Below the pieces are notes generated by a model. It was given only the letters and a program-made list of their open reading frames with translations. It was not told the origin of the DNA and searched no databases. From a virus (lineage: Duplodnaviria > Heunggongvirae > Uroviricota > Caudoviricetes), in IMG/VR virus record IMGVR_UViG_3300031740_000001: DNA of 64,000 nt; one strand, given 5' to 3'. A program made the position numbers and the translations under genes. Numbering within the stretch: position 1 is the first letter of the stretch; each line of letters begins with the position of its first letter. This document shows, one piece after another, positions 18,154 to 26,305 of this stretch.

Positions 18154-18266
18154 ACAGGTCTTCATCATCCAAGCATCACAGGATTGTCGCCCCGCACTGC
18201 CCAGGTCGTACTGCTTTTTGTTGCTCCGTGGCCTTGCTAACCACTTGGTTCCACTAGATTAGCGAA

Positions 18267-18548
18267 TTAGAACTTCGCTGTCAACTTGCGGCGTTTGTCC
18301 TGGTCAGGCGCGAATGGGCTTTTCTTGATCTCTGCCGGTTTGTCGATCTTGTGGCTGGAAATGACCGTGTTGCTGGTTTCCAGCCCTTCGAGCATGCGCG
18401 CCACTTCGGCGCGTTGCCTGCGTGGCCCAGTGATCATGTCGTATCCGAGCCACACCAGGAAACCGACGAAGGCAAGGATAATAGCCCAAATCAGACCATT
18501 CGCAACGTTACCAAACCATTCAACGTCAGAGGTGTAGAAAACGTTCAT
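18267..18548 (-). CDS. small membrane protein
   Basis: It has a TM helix LIWAIILAFVGFLVWLGY. Its ATGA start overlaps the upstream stop. Confidence 0.5.
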   Translation of the reverse strand: MNVFYTSDVEWFGNVANGLIWAIILAFVGFLVWLGYDMITGPRRQRAEVARMLEGLETSNTVISSHKIDKPAEIKKSPFAPDQDKRRKLTAKF

Positions 18549-19078
18549 CAGGCAACCACCGTCCGGTAGACCTCGCGCAGTTTGTCGTCGTGGCTGGCTG
18601 CTTGGGCCAGCGCGCGAGCATGCTGCGGAGGAAGGAACGTGCTCTGCGTGCCGCGAGTCTTGCGCACGGTGAGTAGCTCTACCACTTCGTACTCAGACTC
18701 CGTAAAGGAGATCTTCTCGTAGTCGCGCTCACCCTCGCAGATGCTCGGGCCACGCGTCACCACGATGTACGTTTGTGGGTCTTCGTCTATACGCCGGTAG
18801 ATCTCCACCTCAAGCCACCTGCATGCAGAGCACTTGACGCCTTTCGGCGCGGTGTCCGTGTCCGGGTGATCACGGTGGGTATCGGCCTGGCTGCTGCCTT
18901 CTGCCAGCAAGACACCGGCAAACTCGTAGTCGATATTCTCGATTTTGAGCTGCATGATGTACGGCTGCGCGATGTCGGGCAGTTCCTTGTCCACGTTGAT
19001 GACTTCGAGATCGCTCACGTCGAGTTCACTCGCGTCAGAAGATGGGTGTTTCACCTTTTTCGTTATCGTCATCCTCAT
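18548..19078 (-). CDS. hypothetical protein
   Basis: 176-aa ORF. It is the first gene of the leftward transcription unit that starts in the 19.1-kb divergent region. Confidence 0.5.
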   Translation of the reverse strand: MRMTITKKVKHPSSDASELDVSDLEVINVDKELPDIAQPYIMQLKIENIDYEFAGVLLAEGSSQADTHRDHPDTDTAPKGVKCSACRWLEVEIYRRIDEDPQTYIVVTRGPSICEGERDYEKISFTESEYEVVELLTVRKTRGTQSTFLPPQHARALAQAASHDDKLREVYRTVVA

Positions 19079-19259
19079 TTTCCCTTTCTTCGGGGTTGTT
19101 TTTCTTGCGTGTGGCTAGTGTAGCGCATCTGCCGTAAGTGGCTAGACTGCTGTCACACCTTGTGTTCGGCTATCGCCTTTTGTGTTTTGATGATCAAAAT
19201 GGTGGCCGAACGTCTGAGGGATTCTCAACCTTTTTAGCTACACGCGAGGAGAATCGAAT
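19079..19259. promoter_or_regulatory. divergent intergenic control region with duplicated GTGGCTAG(T/A) boxes
   Basis: A 180-bp non-coding gap lies between the divergent genes. The boxes are GTGGCTAGTGTAG and GTGGCTAGACTG, 25 bp apart. An AGGAG Shine-Dalgarno precedes ATG 19260. Confidence 0.4.
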
Positions 19260-22109
19260 ATGACGGTATCACAATTTAACAACGAAGGTGGATCAAAAGG
19301 CTCTGACCAGGGGATTCCCTCGGTAGAAGATCACTTGGAACAAGGCCGGAAGATCCTTTCCACGGCGCTGGATCTGGCTGGTCGCGGATTTCGCGTGTTC
19401 CCGGTGCACGGTCTGCGGTGGGTCAAGTCGATCGTTCCGGTCGGCTCGGCCACTGCTGTGCCGGGTGGAGATTTGGGGGGTGGTCGTGGGGGAGGCAGCG
19501 GTGATCAGGGAGAAGGAGCGGGAGCAGGACGAGAGGAAGAGCTGGAGGTCGCGCAAAGGATAGAGCTGCGGTGCACGTGCGGGGTGGTTTCGTGCGCGAA
19601 CATCGGCAAGCACCCGGTAGGCGGGCTGGTGCCACACGGCTCCAAGGACGCGAGCAAAGACCAGCTGCAGGTGGGCAGCTGGTTCGCAGTGCCGAACCTG
19701 GAAGCGGCCCGAGAGCGTTCGTGGGTGCCGTGGAATCTGGCTGTCGCCACGGGCGAAGGCCTCGTTGTCATCGACGCGGAAGCGCGCCAGATTAACGCGG
19801 CAATGCCCACGGGCTTGGACGTGCTGGACGACTGGGAGAACTGGACGCGAGGCACCTCGTTGCCGCCAGCCGCTGGTGTCGTGAATTCCGTTATCGTAAT
19901 AGCGGAAGATGGCTCGATCGCTGTGCAGAGCAGCGGGGATCTGAAGCCTTCCGCCATAGAGGGAGAGGTGGAACGGGAGGCCTACTGGCCAGGCACGTTG
20001 CGGGTCAGAACAGGATCAGGCGGTTTGCATGTCTACGTGCGGGTGAGCCCGGAATTGCGGGTGAAGTCGCGAAATCGCGTACTGCCAGCGGTGGACATCA
20101 AGGCAGATGGCGGATATGTGCTGGCACCACCCAGTAGGCACGCCTCGGGCGGGGTGTACTCCATCGCAGAAGGTAAATGGAGTGGGATCGCTGCAGCTGC
20201 GGAAGACTTGGTGGGATGGCTTCTCACGGTAAAGGGCGGCCGGTATGCGACTAGGCGGCTGCAGGATACCGGCGCTGGTGCCAGCGAGCCTGTGGACTAT
20301 GACTTTCACAGAATCGTTGCTGGTAGCGGCTGTCCGGCAGGGTTCCGGGACTACTTCATCAATGACTTGTGCTTCCGGTTGCGTCGTGCCGGGACGCGGC
20401 TGGAAGACGCCAGTGCCGCACTCCGCAAGGAGTGGACGAAGATGGAGCAGCCCAAGGACGAGTTCTATGACTGGAACACGTGTCTCTACAAGCTGCGGCG
20501 GGTGTGGGAAGAGGTCACCCCGGAAGACGTGACGGAGTTGCCCGCGTGGCGTCCGCCTGGTGTAGGAGAAGTCCCTCATGTCGTTAACGTCCCGATGCCC
20601 GCTATTGCGGCGGCAAGTGGTGCAGGGGAAGTCATCGTCATGCGTGCTACGGGCGCGCCAGCTGGAGACCTGGTGGAGGTCGCAGAAGACGGTGGGGTGA
20701 GCATCGGTCCCGGCAGCACGTGGGAGCTGCTGGGCCGTCGTGACCTCACCATGCAGCTTTCAGACACTGGAAATGCGAAAAGATATGCACAGCGTATGCG
20801 CGAAACTGTGCGTTTCTGTGCAGATGAGGGCAAATGGTACGTGTGGGACGGCAGTAGGTGGGCCGTGGACACACTCAACCGAGCGCTCCAGCTAACAGAA
20901 GAGATCATCAAGGATCTGTACGCGGAAGCACAAAATCCAGCCATCACAGAAGACGAGCAAACAGCCGTCCTGCGGTGGGCTGCACAAAGTGAGGCTGCCG
21001 CCAAGCGCAAAAACATGCTTGAGCTGGCAGAAGTGGAAAAGGGCATTGCTATTGCCGCAGACAAGCTGGACGCAGACCCGTGGACGCTGGTCGTGGAGAA
21101 CGGGACACTGGACCTGAGATCAGGCATGATTCGCGAATCACGTGCAGAGGATCTGAACACCAAGAGCGCGGCTGTTGCCTACAACCCTGCCGCCACGTGC
21201 CCGAACTGGATAAGGCACATCGAGTTTGTGACGGGTGGAGACCAGGTCCTCGCGAGGTATTTGCAGCGGGCTGTGGGCTACTCGCTGACCGGTTCGATCG
21301 TAGAGCAAAAGGTGCTTTTTCTGCACGGAGATGGCGCAAACGGAAAAAACACCTTTATGGATGTCATTGCGGCCATGTTGGGTGATTACGCGATGGCTGC
21401 AGACGAGAATTTCCTCAGTGGGGACCACCACGAACACCCGACGCAACTCGCGGTTCTACGAGGCAAGCGTCTGGTATATGCGGACGAAACGGACGAAGGA
21501 AAGAAGATCAAAGAGAGCCGGATCAAGCACTTGACCGGCTCGAAGACCATTCGCGCGAGGTTTATGCGGCAGGACAGCTTCGAGTTCCCAGCCCAGTTCA
21601 AGATCTGGATCATGGGCAATCACAAACCGCAGATTGCGGGCAATGATCAGGGGATCTGGCGAAGGCTGAAGCTTGTGCCCTTTTCGCAAACGCTTACAGA
21701 TGATCAAAAGATCCTCGGCTATGACGAGATTCTCATGCAAGAGCTTTCGGGGATTTTGGTGTGGGCGCTGGAGGGGTTGAAGGCCTGGCACCAGCTCGGC
21801 GGGCTGGGTGAAGCGGAACAGGTCACCAAGGCCACCAAGGAGTATCGGGAAGAGGAAGACCTGCTGGGGCAGTGTTTCCAGGAGCTGACGGTGGCAGGGG
21901 AAGAGGAGTTCTTCGAGCCGCAGACGTTTTACGACGGCTATGCATCCTGGTGTCATCGTAATGGAATTAAGGACATCAAGACCAAGAACATGATTGGGCG
22001 TGAGCTGGCGAAGCCAGCGTTCGGCCTGCGCAAGGGGCAGAAGTGGCCCCACGGGCGCGTGTGGTTCGGAGCGCGGATGCGGTTGTCGCAGGAAGAAATG
22101 GTTTCTTGA
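19260..22109 (+). CDS. bifunctional DNA primase-polymerase (prim-pol) N-terminal domain fused to a D5/P4-alpha-type SF3 helicase
   Basis: The N-terminal motif is GFRVFPVHG.... The central region resembles a D5_N domain. The Walker A is FLHGDGANGKNTF. A low-complexity Gly-rich insert (GGDLGGGRGGGSGDQGEGAGAG) lies near residues 60-85. Confidence 0.75.
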   Translation: MTVSQFNNEGGSKGSDQGIPSVEDHLEQGRKILSTALDLAGRGFRVFPVHGLRWVKSIVPVGSATAVPGGDLGGGRGGGSGDQGEGAGAGREEELEVAQRIELRCTCGVVSCANIGKHPVGGLVPHGSKDASKDQLQVGSWFAVPNLEAARERSWVPWNLAVATGEGLVVIDAEARQINAAMPTGLDVLDDWENWTRGTSLPPAAGVVNSVIVIAEDGSIAVQSSGDLKPSAIEGEVEREAYWPGTLRVRTGSGGLHVYVRVSPELRVKSRNRVLPAVDIKADGGYVLAPPSRHASGGVYSIAEGKWSGIAAAAEDLVGWLLTVKGGRYATRRLQDTGAGASEPVDYDFHRIVAGSGCPAGFRDYFINDLCFRLRRAGTRLEDASAALRKEWTKMEQPKDEFYDWNTCLYKLRRVWEEVTPEDVTELPAWRPPGVGEVPHVVNVPMPAIAAASGAGEVIVMRATGAPAGDLVEVAEDGGVSIGPGSTWELLGRRDLTMQLSDTGNAKRYAQRMRETVRFCADEGKWYVWDGSRWAVDTLNRALQLTEEIIKDLYAEAQNPAITEDEQTAVLRWAAQSEAAAKRKNMLELAEVEKGIAIAADKLDADPWTLVVENGTLDLRSGMIRESRAEDLNTKSAAVAYNPAATCPNWIRHIEFVTGGDQVLARYLQRAVGYSLTGSIVEQKVLFLHGDGANGKNTFMDVIAAMLGDYAMAADENFLSGDHHEHPTQLAVLRGKRLVYADETDEGKKIKESRIKHLTGSKTIRARFMRQDSFEFPAQFKIWIMGNHKPQIAGNDQGIWRRLKLVPFSQTLTDDQKILGYDEILMQELSGILVWALEGLKAWHQLGGLGEAEQVTKATKEYREEEDLLGQCFQELTVAGEEEFFEPQTFYDGYASWCHRNGIKDIKTKNMIGRELAKPAFGLRKGQKWPHGRVWFGARMRLSQEEMVS

Positions 22110-22120
22110 TGTAGAAAAAT

Positions 22121-22156
22121 CCGCCCTGCTCTGGAAAGAGCGGGGCGGATTTTCGT
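22121..22156. terminator. bidirectional rho-independent terminator
   Basis: The sequence CCGCCCTGCTCT-GGAA-AGAGCGGGGCGG has a T-run on the + strand (ATTTTCGTTGTCGTTTTT) and an A-run upstream. It therefore works for the convergent genes on both strands. Confidence 0.6.
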
Positions 22157-22179
22157 TGTCGTTTTTGTGTTTCTAGAGG

Positions 22180-22500
22180 TTAGAGGTCATCTGCCAGCTG
22201 GACCATGGATCGATAGAGGGACCACGGCGTGTCGATGATCGTGGAATAGCGCACCACGTGGAGGACGCCAGGTGGAATGGTGTGTTGTGGAGCTACCTCA
22301 AAGGTCTCCACGATAAAGCTGGCGTCAGTATGGTCGATGCTGTTTCCGACCTTCTCGACAATTCGCCCAGAAAAGCGCTCTCCAGTTTCGTCGACGTAGG
22401 TGAACCACATGCCGACCAAGGGCGAGAGCGCCTTGCGGTCAGGTGAGATCTCGTAGAAACCCATCAGGTCGTCGCCAGAGGGTTCGAAGTTCGTCGTCAT
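22180..22500 (-). CDS. hypothetical protein
   Basis: 106-aa ORF that ends at the bidirectional terminator. Confidence 0.5.
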   Translation of the reverse strand: MTTNFEPSGDDLMGFYEISPDRKALSPLVGMWFTYVDETGERFSGRIVEKVGNSIDHTDASFIVETFEVAPQHTIPPGVLHVVRYSTIIDTPWSLYRSMVQLADDL

Positions 22501-23060
22501 GAGCTAAATGGTAGCGCGTGGGCGGGGTACGCGTGGGATAGAAGGATGAAGATGAGTAGGAATAGGAGGAGCTGGATACGGGGAGGTAGGGATTTTGCAA
22601 ACGAATCTCGCTGAGAATGTGTTAGAAACGCGTTAGGGCAGAGATTTGTTAGGTTCGATGCATATCGGATTTCTAACGGATTCCTAGCGGATTTCCTAAC
22701 GGAATTTTTGGTAGGTTGAGTAAGTTGACGAACCATAGTTTATTAGGAGTTATTCTTATGTAGTATTTATGTTTTTATATGTCCTAACAAATATATCAGA
22801 TATTTATACTCTGATACTCTAAGAGAAGAGAGGGAGAAAAGAGAGAGAGATAAAGGGGCAATTAAATAGAATAGGAGTTCTGCCCTAATATAGGTATGGT
22901 TTGTCCGTTTCTTCTCGACAAACGCAAGGGGGGTCCCTTATAGGGGAATGGGGGGTCAAAAATGCGATATTCCGTTAGGCCAGAGATGGGAGTCAACCTC
23001 TACCGTCTCGGTTTGGGCCTTCGGTACGCTTGTTTTTGAGGTAGGGATCAAGAGAAGGGG
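22501..23060. promoter_or_regulatory. AT-rich iteron/operator region, a candidate origin of replication and/or divergent immunity-control region
   Basis: Three 11-bp-phased repeats CTAACGGAtt / CTAGCGGAtt / CTAACGGAat lie at 22673-22706, with an inverted copy TCCGTTAGG at 22969. GTTAGGGCAGAG occurs at 22633, inverted at 22878, and as GTTAGGCCAGAG at 22970. GTTAG occurs three times at 22620-22660. A 38-nt polypurine tract (GA repeats) lies at 22821-22858. The region is far more AT-rich than its flanks. Confidence 0.5.
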
Positions 23061-23066
23061 ACCGAT

Positions 23067-23861
23067 GTGGAACCGGTGGAGCCTCCGTTTGACCAGTCAC
23101 TTTATGAGCTGCTTGGAGGGCAAGAGTACAGGAGGGTCCAGGAGCGGATCAAGCGGGCCTGGAGTCCTTGGGTGACGACGGGGATGGTTCCGCTGGTCAA
23201 GGTGGGGGAGGATCAGGCGGGTCCGTGGTGGGAAGTGGTGCTCAAGGGTGGGGATGCACTCACCTGCTTGGCACCGATAAGGCCTGGTCAGGTGGGGTGG
23301 GGAACGACCAAGACAGTGGGGGTGTGCGATAAGCGCGCGGGGTGGGGAACGGTGCACGAGGGTGCGGGGTACTGCCGCTGGCATGAGAAACTGGTAGATG
23401 GGAAAATGGCTGGTGGGGATGGTTATCGAGGAAGAACGGGAGCGTGGGTGATGGCACACGGTTTTGCTCGGGCGCTGGACGTGTCGCCGTGGGAGGCGCT
23501 GCTCACGGCGGTGAAGATTGCCGCTGGTCGAGTGGCGTTTATCGAGGCCAAGCTGGGTGAGGCGAACCGGGACGAGGACTTGATGCCCGAAGGTGAGCTG
23601 GCCTGGTGGGTCCGGCAGGCGGAGATGTGGCACGACCGGATGGCGAAGGTCGCGAAGATGGCGATCGACGCCGGGGTAGCTGAGCGCATGGTTCGGCAGG
23701 TGGAGCTTGAGGCGGAGATGATGCTCAAGGCCACGCAGTTGACGTTTGCCGAGCTGGGGCTCGATGATGTGACGCGCGAGCGTGCGTTGGGTATGATGGG
23801 TAAACACCTGCTGGAGCTGGAGTCCGCTGAAGCGGTGGACGCGCTTGAGGTGCTGAAATAA
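23067..23861 (+). CDS. hypothetical protein with an internal Cys/His cluster
   Basis: It has a GTG start with a GAAGGGGA Shine-Dalgarno. It is the first gene of the rightward arm. Cys/His motif: CDKRAGWGTVHEGAGYCRWHE. Confidence 0.5.
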   Translation: MEPVEPPFDQSLYELLGGQEYRRVQERIKRAWSPWVTTGMVPLVKVGEDQAGPWWEVVLKGGDALTCLAPIRPGQVGWGTTKTVGVCDKRAGWGTVHEGAGYCRWHEKLVDGKMAGGDGYRGRTGAWVMAHGFARALDVSPWEALLTAVKIAAGRVAFIEAKLGEANRDEDLMPEGELAWWVRQAEMWHDRMAKVAKMAIDAGVAERMVRQVELEAEMMLKATQLTFAELGLDDVTRERALGMMGKHLLELESAEAVDALEVLK

Positions 23862-23877
23862 CGACATCGAGAGGAAA

Positions 23878-24483
23878 ATGAACATGGTAGGAAAGAGCGA
23901 GCAGCTGCGCAGGCAGGCGGCTGAGGACATGGGCAAAGTGGCGTCGCTGGACGACAAGGCGTTTGCGCTGGCTGGCTTGGCGACGATCGTTGCTGTGCTG
24001 ATCGGCTACGCGGGTTTCGTAGCGTTTGCTGGCGAGTGGATCGATCTCGCGTGGACCGAGACCAGCAGGCCTGCGGCCGTGGAGATCACGTACAACGTGC
24101 TGGTCATCGTGGGTGGCTTCATCTGGGCCATGCTGGCTGCTTCCGCGTGGATGCTGTACAGGGTGACCAAACTTCGCAAGGGTGCTAAGGCGCTGTTGAT
24201 GCAGGCTGCCGAAGTCGAGACGCAGGAAAAGGCGCTCGCGGCCAAGAAGGCGGAAACGGCCAAGGCGGCAGAAGTCTCCGAAGTGCAGCGAATTACACAA
24301 AAGCGTCTTGAAGAGCAGCGCCAGCTCGAAGAGGCTGAGCTGGCGGATCACGCTTTCCGGAAGGCCGAGCAAGCACAGCGCGTGGCCAAGGCTGTGCAGG
24401 ACACCCGCGTAGAGCGCCAGGGGCGAGATTCTGGCGGCTCGAACAAGCCGGGGGGTACCTCAACCCAGGGCAAGGGGCGTTAG
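23878..24483 (+). CDS. membrane protein with a long coiled-coil
   Basis: Two TM helices near the N-terminus, then an A/E/K/Q-rich coiled coil. Confidence 0.5.
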   Translation: MNMVGKSEQLRRQAAEDMGKVASLDDKAFALAGLATIVAVLIGYAGFVAFAGEWIDLAWTETSRPAAVEITYNVLVIVGGFIWAMLAASAWMLYRVTKLRKGAKALLMQAAEVETQEKALAAKKAETAKAAEVSEVQRITQKRLEEQRQLEEAELADHAFRKAEQAQRVAKAVQDTRVERQGRDSGGSNKPGGTSTQGKGR

Positions 24484-24512
24484 ACGCTCTACGGACTGCT
24501 GACGGGCTCCGT

Positions 24513-24827
24513 TTGACGGCTCCAGTGCTTGTGCTAGGCTGGAGCCACGAAGACGAAGAGAAGGGGAGGCAAGTGAGCAGACGACGTTGGGTACTGCCGT
24601 TCTGGTCTGAGGTCGCGAGTTGGGTGGCGCAAAGGCTGCCCAACCGCGTCAAGGCGCATATCTGGCTTCAGGCGTACGAAGAGCTTGAGCTGCACTACCG
24701 TTCTGTTATGGAGAAGGAAGAAGACGGCTATACAATCCTGGACACTGTTTCGGCGGTACAGGTCGAGAATTTGCGCCGTTGGCTTTTCCGGGATCAGCTC
24801 AAGGGCGAATTAAAAGAGGTATCATGA
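24513..24827 (+). CDS. hypothetical protein
   Basis: 104-aa ORF. Confidence 0.4.
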   Translation: MTAPVLVLGWSHEDEEKGRQVSRRRWVLPFWSEVASWVAQRLPNRVKAHIWLQAYEELELHYRSVMEKEEDGYTILDTVSAVQVENLRRWLFRDQLKGELKEVS

Positions 24828-25018
24828 ACGTAAACGTTGAGGCACCTGCGCAAGCGGGTGCCCCTTCTATTGCAGTCATCATTACTAAGAATGGGGTGCA
24901 ATATGCTCTTGAACAGGACATTCCTGTTTGGATGATCGCAGAAAGTGATATTGCAGGAGTTGCTTATGAACTTGCAGTTTCACTCGCTGTGATGATTGAA
25001 AACGAAGAGGAGGGCTGA
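24824..25018 (+). CDS. hypothetical protein (64 aa)
   Basis: ATG with an AAAGAGG Shine-Dalgarno. The start overlaps the upstream stop. Confidence 0.45.
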   Translation: MNVNVEAPAQAGAPSIAVIITKNGVQYALEQDIPVWMIAESDIAGVAYELAVSLAVMIENEEEG

Positions 25019-25261
25019 TGAACCAATCACTGGAGGACTGGCTAGCTGATCGACCGCAGATCATCAAGGATCTCGCGAGGAGTCACCCGCCAGACGGTGA
25101 GTATCAGCCTGGCCAACGGCCTAGACGATGACCTCTATGCGGTCTACAGCTACCACGAGGACGGCACCTTGACGGTTTCTCGATACTCACGCCCGACGCT
25201 GCTTTTCATGTGGAACGTTTTCGGAATGAAGCCAGAGGATCTAGTGAGAATCGATGAATGA
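25018..25261 (+). CDS. small gene with a possible +1 frameshift or disruption. An ATG-initiated frame (25018-25131) and a higher-GC3 downstream frame (25097-25261) overlap.
   Basis: The ATG overlaps the upstream TGA. Frame A stops at 25129-25131. Frame A+1 encodes ...YAVYSYHEDGTLTVSRYSRPTLLFMWNVFGMKPEDLVRIDE and ends in an ATGAATGA overlap with the next gene. Confidence 0.3.
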
Positions 25262-25535
25262 AACGTTGCAAGAGCGCAAACTCCAGCATGGCTGCTCGCG
25301 CTGCTCAGAGCGCTGGAATGGGAAGAAAACTGCACATTGCGGATCATGTCATGAAACGTTCAGCGGACCGAGCGCTTTCGACCAGCACCGGGTAGGCGGC
25401 ATGTGCGTGCAGGCAGACGCGACGACGATGCTGCGGTATCTGCTCGCGCGCCAAGAACGTGCCGGGTACGTGGTGTGGGGGTATGCTGGCGCGGACGAAC
25501 GCTGGGACAACGAAGATGGGGATGAAGACGAATGA
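25254..25535 (+). CDS. zinc-finger-like small protein
   Basis: CSRCSERW...HCGSCHE motif. Confidence 0.5.
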   Translation: MNETLQERKLQHGCSRCSERWNGKKTAHCGSCHETFSGPSAFDQHRVGGMCVQADATTMLRYLLARQERAGYVVWGYAGADERWDNEDGDEDE

Positions 25536-25765
25536 CAAACGAAAAGGCATATGCAGTTGTATTTACCGAATTAGTTGACGGACAAATGGTCAACAGCCAG
25601 TGGCACTTCAGCGAAGATGATTTCCGTGAAATCATGAGACACGTGAAAGTGCACTACGGTTCACCCGATCGCGCCTGGATGGTATCCATGGATGACGTGC
25701 TCATGGTGCGGAACGAAATGGAGGGCAGAGTTTCCTCCATGGTGGTAGTGGACAAAGAGGACTAA
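25532..25765 (+). CDS. hypothetical protein
   Basis: 77 aa, ATGA coupling. Confidence 0.5.
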   Translation: MTNEKAYAVVFTELVDGQMVNSQWHFSEDDFREIMRHVKVHYGSPDRAWMVSMDDVLMVRNEMEGRVSSMVVVDKED

Positions 25766-25993
25766 ATGGCAACGGGCGTCGACCAGTGCATCCTATGTCT
25801 AGCAGGGCATATGCAGCACGTCGCTGCCCTTTGCCGTGAAACACATACGCCGTGGAAGAATTGCGGGGTAGACTGTTGCGTAGAGGAGGAAATGGAAAAT
25901 GATGACGATAATGTGGATTCTGCTCATTTTGCTCGCACGGCTGATCTTTGCGGTGATCATGCAACTGGTGGTTATCCGGATCGCGCTTCATGA
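25766..25993 (+). CDS. Cys-rich small protein (uncertain 3' end)
   Basis: It has CILCLAGH...C...C..CC. Its last ~95 nt overlap the next ORF and have poor GC3, so the true end or extent is uncertain. Confidence 0.35.
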   Translation: MATGVDQCILCLAGHMQHVAALCRETHTPWKNCGVDCCVEEEMENDDDNVDSAHFARTADLCGDHATGGYPDRAS

Positions 25994-26123
25994 TGCGAAA
26001 GAGCCGTACTGGAGTGAGATTCGTGATGCGCTGTGGGAAGTGCACGCGGCAGTGGGGCTGAAATGGCTAGCCAGGGGCACGATGTGGATTGGCGTACGGC
26101 TGTGGCCAGCGGTGAAGGAATGA
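25899..26123 (+). CDS. small membrane protein
   Basis: It has a hydrophobic N-terminus, MWILLILLARLIFAVIMQLVVI, and good GC3. The start may be downstream, at 25911 or 25959. Confidence 0.45.
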   Translation: MMTIMWILLILLARLIFAVIMQLVVIRIALHDAKEPYWSEIRDALWEVHAAVGLKWLARGTMWIGVRLWPAVKE

Positions 26124-26305
26124 AAATTCCTGTTTTATGCATGTGTCCGGAATTTGTATGCTGGTACTACGATTCCGAACAAGATCCGCTTTGGGATGTT
26201 TGCGAATGCGGGCATCCTCGCCATGAGCATCTTCTTCAACAGGGATCTTGCCTAGGAGGAAGTGAAATATCTTTTGAAAAAGGAGAAGGAAATGAGTCTT
26301 GCTGA
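26120..26305 (+). CDS. Cys/His-rich small protein (61 aa)
   Basis: ATGA overlap with the upstream gene. Motif: MKIPVLCMCPEFVCWYY...CECGHPRHEH. Confidence 0.45.
   Translation: MKIPVLCMCPEFVCWYYDSEQDPLWDVCECGHPRHEHLLQQGSCLGGSEISFEKGEGNESC

Noticed and set aside
17695-18168. 157-aa minus-strand ORF (and the + ORFs 17213-17440, 17697-17879, 17876-18142) across the tRNA-like locus
   Set aside because: The products are Arg/Pro-rich with low complexity. RPGRDTLV is duplicated because of the DNA repeat. There is no SD or coupling. They overlap the tRNA-Met and the T-arm modules. They are treated as non-coding.
16900-18260. tmRNA hypothesis for the tRNA-like region
   Set aside because: No ...ALAA-stop tag reading frame was found. 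The acceptor 5' partners lie within 75-90 nt of each T-arm, not 350 nt away. There are multiple tandem units rather than one TLD.
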